Notes under the pieces: model-generated
Seen by the model: the letters and a program-made list of their open reading frames with translations, nothing else
Told to the model about the DNA's origin: nothing
Databases searched by the model: none
Made by a program: the position numbers and the translations under genes
In this document: positions 6,838-12,924 of the stretch, in pieces
Layout: every line of letters starts with the position of its first letter
Numbering within the stretch: position 1 is the first letter of the stretch
From: an uncultured bacterium
Lineage (GTDB): Bacteria; Abyssobacteria; SURF-5
Length of the DNA stretch: 12,924 nt
Direction: 5' to 3'
NCBI GenBank assembly: GCA_964510165.1
Contig: CAZEBC010000118.1
Span: 1 to 12,924 of the forward strand

Positions 6838-7369
6838 TGGACCGGGCGGTGGGCTTAGAGAAGGCCCCGAGGATACGGACGTAGTTATCGGAAAGGTTGT
6901 CTCGGTAAATGTCCCCCGGCGCGCGTTGCGGATTGCGCCCGAAACGAGCCACCCAGAGCGTTTTCACTTGTTGCGTGACCTTCGCCTGAAGATTGGAACC
7001 CAGGTCGCGGTATTTGAAATCAGGAAGTTACGGGTCACGAAGGCGCTCGTCATAGCAGAAATCGTCGCGGAAGACGACGAACTCGTCTCGAAGGCCCGCG
7101 GAGCCAAAGTCCTGGTTTCGCGGTCTCAGCGTTTTCAGCTTCCGGACAATGAATACTATATCGATGACCTCGTCGGGATGCTCGTGAAAGACGCGAACGG
7201 CGCCGTTCTCGGTAAGATATCGGAAATCTGGACTACTCCCGCGAACGATATCTATCGGGTCGTGGGCGAAGAGGGCGCCGAAACACTGTTGCCGGCAATC
7301 GAGGGGGTCATTCTCAAAGTCGACACCGAAGCCGGCGTGATGACCGTCAACATGTCGCTCCTGGTCTGA
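6827..7369 (+). CDS. rimM: Ribosome maturation factor RimM (start uncertain; TTG 6827 overlapping the khpA stop is proposed)
   Basis: C-terminal PRC barrel signature [16 protein letters not shown]...[18 protein letters not shown]...LLPAI...ILKVD. Located between khpA and trmD. Confidence 0.88.
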   Translation: MSNDGPGGGLREGPEDTDVVIGKVVSVNVPRRALRIAPETSHPERFHLLRDLRLKIGTQVAVFEIRKLRVTKALVIAEIVAEDDELVSKARGAKVLVSRSQRFQLPDNEYYIDDLVGMLVKDANGAVLGKISEIWTTPANDIYRVVGEEGAETLLPAIEGVILKVDTEAGVMTVNMSLLV

Positions 7370-7385
7370 GGACAAGGCAAACGGA

Positions 7386-8132
7386 ATGCGAATCGATGTC
7401 ATCACGCTTTTCCCCGGAATGTTTTTCGGACCGCTTTCGGAAAGCATAATCGGCCGAGCAATCCAGCAGGGGCTCATAAATGTCAACATAGTGGACCTGC
7501 GGGATTTCTGCCCTGGCAAACATCGGCAGGCCGATGACAAGCCATATGGCGGCGGTGCGGGGATGGTGCTCATGGCCGAGCCTGTATTCAGGGCGGTTGA
7601 GTCGCTGAAGCCAGCCAATTCGCTGAAGCGGATAATCCTCACCAGTGCGCAAGGCGCCGTTTTTAACCAGGAAATGGCGCAACGGTTTTCGAACGAAGAT
7701 GATCTGGTGATCATCTGCGGCCATTACGAAGGCGTTGATGAACGGGTGGCGTCGGGGCTGGCGACCGATGAAATCTCGATTGGGGATTACGTGCTTACCG
7801 GCGGAGAGCTTCCGGCGCTCGTCCTGATAGACGCGGTCTGTCGCCTGGTTCCCGGCGTTGTTGGGTCTCCTGAATCGCTCCAACAGGATTCATTCAGCGA
7901 CGGTTTGCTCGGATATCCGCAGTATACGCGGCCCGCTGAATTTAGGGGGATGAGGGTGCCGGAGGTTCTGATCTCGGGTCATCACGCGGAGATAGCGAAA
8001 TGGCGCAGACGTGAGGCCATCCGCAAAACATTCACGAATCGAAGGGAATTGCTTGCAAGGGTCACCCTATCCGCAGAAGAGCGCGAATTCATCAAGGAAT
8101 TGGAACGTACGTCTTTGGAGGGACGTCTTTAA
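7386..8132 (+). CDS. trmD: tRNA (guanine(37)-N1)-methyltransferase TrmD
   Basis: ITLFPGMF, DDKPYGGGAGM, ICGHYEGVDERV, SIGDYVLTGGE, YTRP and VPEVLISGHH. Confidence 0.99.
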   Translation: MRIDVITLFPGMFFGPLSESIIGRAIQQGLINVNIVDLRDFCPGKHRQADDKPYGGGAGMVLMAEPVFRAVESLKPANSLKRIILTSAQGAVFNQEMAQRFSNEDDLVIICGHYEGVDERVASGLATDEISIGDYVLTGGELPALVLIDAVCRLVPGVVGSPESLQQDSFSDGLLGYPQYTRPAEFRGMRVPEVLISGHHAEIAKWRRREAIRKTFTNRRELLARVTLSAEEREFIKELERTSLEGRL

Positions 8133-8144
8133 CCCGAACTTGAA

Positions 8145-8192
8145 ACCCGAAACCAGGGAGATCGTGGATTTGCCACGTTGTGGTTATCGGGT
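8145..8192 (+). promoter_or_regulatory. Structured leader hairpin upstream of rplS (candidate L19 autoregulatory element)
   Basis: Nested helices ACCCGA 8145-8150/TCGGGT 8187-8192, AACCA 8151-8155/TGGTT 8181-8185 and CGTGG 8163-8167/CCACG 8173-8177, with an asymmetric internal loop. Confidence 0.45.
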
Positions 8193-8231
8193 CGGATGTG
8201 ACCGGCTGAAAAAGCGAATGGAGGAAGCGTA

Positions 8232-8573
8232 ATGAACACAATGGACCTGGTCGAAAAGGAACAGCTTCGGACCGACCTGTCGGAGTTCTCGGTTGGCGAT
8301 ACGGTGAGGATTCATCTGAAAGTGGTCGAGGGAAACCGTGAAAGGGTTCAGGCCTTTGAAGGCGTCGTGATCGCCCGCAAGGGCGGAGGCGTTCGCGAGA
8401 CGTTCACGGTTCGCAAGGTCACATTCGGGGTCGGGGTGGAGAGGGTCTTTCCGCTGCATTCTCCGATGATTCAGTCAATAGACGTGATCGCCAAGGGAAA
8501 GGTGAGAAGAGCAAAGCTTTACTACCTCCGGGGCAGGGTCGGGAAGAAGTCTCGCCTCAAGACACGCGATTGA
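8232..8573 (+). CDS. rplS: 50S ribosomal protein L19
   Basis: [44 protein letters not shown] and [19 protein letters not shown] at 8220-8224. Confidence 0.99.
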   Translation: MNTMDLVEKEQLRTDLSEFSVGDTVRIHLKVVEGNRERVQAFEGVVIARKGGGVRETFTVRKVTFGVGVERVFPLHSPMIQSIDVIAKGKVRRAKLYYLRGRVGKKSRLKTRD

Positions 8574-8618
8574 TTCCCTCTCGCGCTTTCCCAGTGGGAG
8601 AGGGTAGGGGTGAGGGAA
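8574..8618. repeat. Second copy of the CCCTCACCCC..CCTCTCCC-type REP-like element
   Basis: GGGAGAGGGTAGGGGTGAGGG (8596-8616) matches the reverse complement of 836-856 at 19/21 positions. It is preceded by partially complementary TTCCCTCTC...TTTCCCA. Confidence 0.7.
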
Positions 8619-8635
8619 AACAGCGACGGAAATTC

Positions 8636-9456
8636 ATGAAGCTGACAGTGAGTAGTAAAACGGTAATCGAGAATCTGCACTCGATGTCCGTGCCGGAAAT
8701 CAGGCAGGCTGCGCTTCAGCTTGGACCTCCGTATCCGCGGAAACTGCTCGACGCGCTCGGGGAAGACAAACGGGTGGGCGTACAGCGCGTGCTTGAGGAC
8801 CTGTGCTCGAGGCAGCGTCTTCATGGCCGACAGAAGCGGCGCATTCAAGACATGCTCCGATATGAACGAGAAGCGCAGGATGAGGGATACGCCGTGATCG
8901 CGGGCGTGGACGAGGTGGGCCGAGGTCCACTGGCCGGTCCGGTGGTTGCCGCTGCCGTCATATTGCCCCCGGACGTGCGCTGGGCGGACGTGAACGATTC
9001 GAAGCTGCTGACTGATGAGCGCAGGCGCGAAGCGCTCACGCTTATCAGCGCCGCCGCGCGGATCGGGGTTGGGGTGGTGAGTGTTGAGGAGATCGAACGG
9101 ATCAACATACACAGGGCCAGTCTGCTGGCATTCAAGCTTGCCATCGAAGACCTCGATCGCGTTCCCGATATGGCGCTGATTGACGGCAGGCATAAGACCA
9201 CGCTTGACATTCCGCAAAGGGCAATTGTGAAGGGTGATAGATCGTCCTTATCAATAGCGGCCGCCTCGATTGTTGCAAAGGTTACACGCGATGAGATGAT
9301 GCTCGAATATGACAGGCGGTATCCGGAATATGGATTCGCCAAACACAAGGGCTATGGCACTCCCGAGCATCTGGCGATGATCAGGAAATTTGGCATATGT
9401 CCCATTCACCGCCGCTCCTTTGCAGGCGTGAGGGAAACGTCGCAGTATCAACTCAT

Positions 9457-9460
<4 letters not shown>
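8636..9460 (+). CDS. rnhB: Ribonuclease HII
   Basis: AGVDEVGRGPLAGPVVAAAV, NDSKLL, LIDG, VKGD...SIAAASIVAKVTRD, HKGYGT and HRRSF. The start is set at ATG 8636, downstream of the repeat. Confidence 0.96.
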
Positions 9461-11701
<2,241 letters not shown>

Positions 11702-11711
11702 TCAGGGGCCA

Positions 11712-11733
11712 GTAGGGCCGAATTCATTCGGCC
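11712..11733 (+). repeat. GTAG-type REP element
   Basis: GTAG followed by the palindrome GGCCGAAT-TC-ATTCGGCC. This is the architecture of RAYT-associated GTAG REPs. Single copy in this window. Confidence 0.6.
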
Positions 11734-11742
11734 AAATTCCGC

Positions 11743-12924
11743 TCAGGCTTTGATTCTACGTGCGAACTCCTTGCCGAACTCATGGCATTTCGCCAGTTCG
11801 CTCTCATTCGGCATGTACTTGACTGTCAGTGGCTCGGCGACTATTTCGACGCCGGCCTCCCGGAGAATATTGTCGGCTTCCTTGGCGCCTCCGCCGCCCC
11901 AGCCATGCGAACCGAACGCGGCGCCAAGCTTCTTGCGGGGCTTGAGCCCTTTCAGGTCCTCAAGGAATGGCGCGAGCGTCGGAAGCATTCCAGTATTGAT
12001 GGTCGAGCTTCCGACCAGAATCCCCTTCATCAACAGGCAGTCGCGTATCGCGTCGCTCCGGTCCGAGACCGCGATCCTGACGAGTTTCGCAGGTACTCCT
12101 TCTGATGCTATGCCCTCGATGATGGAGAAGGCCATCTTCTCGGTCGCGCCCCACATGGTGTCAAAGACGACGAGCACCGAGCGGTTGCCCTCCCCGTCGG
12201 CCCAGCGCTGGTATGCCTCGATGATCTTCGCCGGCTCGCGCCAGATAAGCCCGTGGCTGGGCGCAATCGTCCTTATTTTGAGCTTCAGTTGCGAGATTTC
12301 GTCAATCTTCTTGGTGACCAGCTTCGACATCGGCATCAGGATGTTGGCGTAATATTTGGCCGCCTCCTGCATGAGGACCGCTCCGTCGTACTCGTCGGCA
12401 AACCGCTCCGTGGACGCGAGGTGCTGGCCGAACGCGTCGTTGGGCAGCAGGAGCTCGTCTTCGGGAATATAGGTGAACATGCTGTCGGGCCAGTGCAGCA
12501 TCGGCGCCTCGATGAAGCTCAAGGTTTTCTTGCCCAGCTTTATGGTGTCGCCGGTCTTCACAAGCTGATAGTTCCAGTTTCCGTAGTAGTATTTTTCCAG
12601 GCCTTCCTTACAGCGCGCGTTGCAGACAAGTTTTGCATTCTTTGCCAGAGAGAGAATGGCCGCCAGCGCGCCGGAGTGGTCTGCCTCGACGTGGTTGGCG
12701 ATCACATAATCGATCCTTGCGGGATCAACCAGCGCGCGGATTCGCTCGATCATCTCACCGGCGAACGGGGCGTATACGGCGTCCACGAGGGCGATTTTCT
12801 CATCGAGGACCAGGTAGGCGTTGTAGGTGGTTCCCATCGGAGTTGTATATGTATAGCCGTGGAACTGTCTCACGTTCCAGTCGACGGCCCCAACCCAATA
12901 CACGCCCTCCGCGACTTGTACTTT
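11743..12924 (-). CDS. fprA: Flavodiiron protein (FprA/A-type flavoprotein; NO/O2 reductase), 5'-truncated by the window edge
   Basis: GTTYNAYL, metallo-beta-lactamase-like diiron ligands NHVEADHS, LHWPDSM and DAFGQH, plus APSHG. The flavodoxin domain has TMWGATEKMA, GSST and FGSHGWGG. The frame stays open to the window end (KVQVAEGVYWVG), so the GTG at 12903 is probably internal. Confidence 0.95.
   Translation of the reverse strand, partial: KVQVAEGVYWVGAVDWNVRQFHGYTYTTPMGTTYNAYLVLDEKIALVDAVYAPFAGEMIERIRALVDPARIDYVIANHVEADHSGALAAILSLAKNAKLVCNARCKEGLEKYYYGNWNYQLVKTGDTIKLGKKTLSFIEAPMLHWPDSMFTYIPEDELLLPNDAFGQHLASTERFADEYDGAVLMQEAAKYYANILMPMSKLVTKKIDEISQLKLKIRTIAPSHGLIWREPAKIIEAYQRWADGEGNRSVLVVFDTMWGATEKMAFSIIEGIASEGVPAKLVRIAVSDRSDAIRDCLLMKGILVGSSTINTGMLPTLAPFLEDLKGLKPRKKLGAAFGSHGWGGGGAKEADNILREAGVEIVAEPLTVKYMPNESELAKCHEFGKEFARRIKA

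Noticed and set aside
8570..8635. Extended rnhB start at 8570 ([16 protein letters not shown]...)
   Set aside because: This stretch is the translated palindromic repeat. ATG 8636 is the more plausible start.

Overview
This is a bacterial chromosomal window of mostly housekeeping genes. On the + strand, in order: a 5'-truncated class I SAM-dependent methyltransferase, recG, rsmD, nrdR, a ~660-bp unannotated spacer, the conserved ffh-rpsP-khpA-rimM-trmD-rplS-rnhB cluster, and a TPR lipoprotein. Converging from the - strand are tadA and a 5'-truncated flavodiiron protein (fprA). I found no transposase, integrase, CRISPR array, tRNA or rRNA. The most interesting material is non-coding or too short for the ORF track. 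(i) A perfect sigma70 promoter upstream of nrdR overlaps two NrdR-box-like sites 32 bp apart, yet no ribonucleotide reductase gene follows. (ii) The nrdR-ffh spacer holds a candidate stand-alone unit: promoter, 5' hairpin, SD, a 44-aa aromatic-rich small ORF and a structured 3' region. It also holds a weaker 36-aa ORF inside a long-range helix. (iii) The ffh leader has a terminator-like hairpin, and rplS has a structured leader. (iv) There are two unrelated REP-like palindrome types. All family calls come from motif recognition by eye; no searches or folding programs were run.
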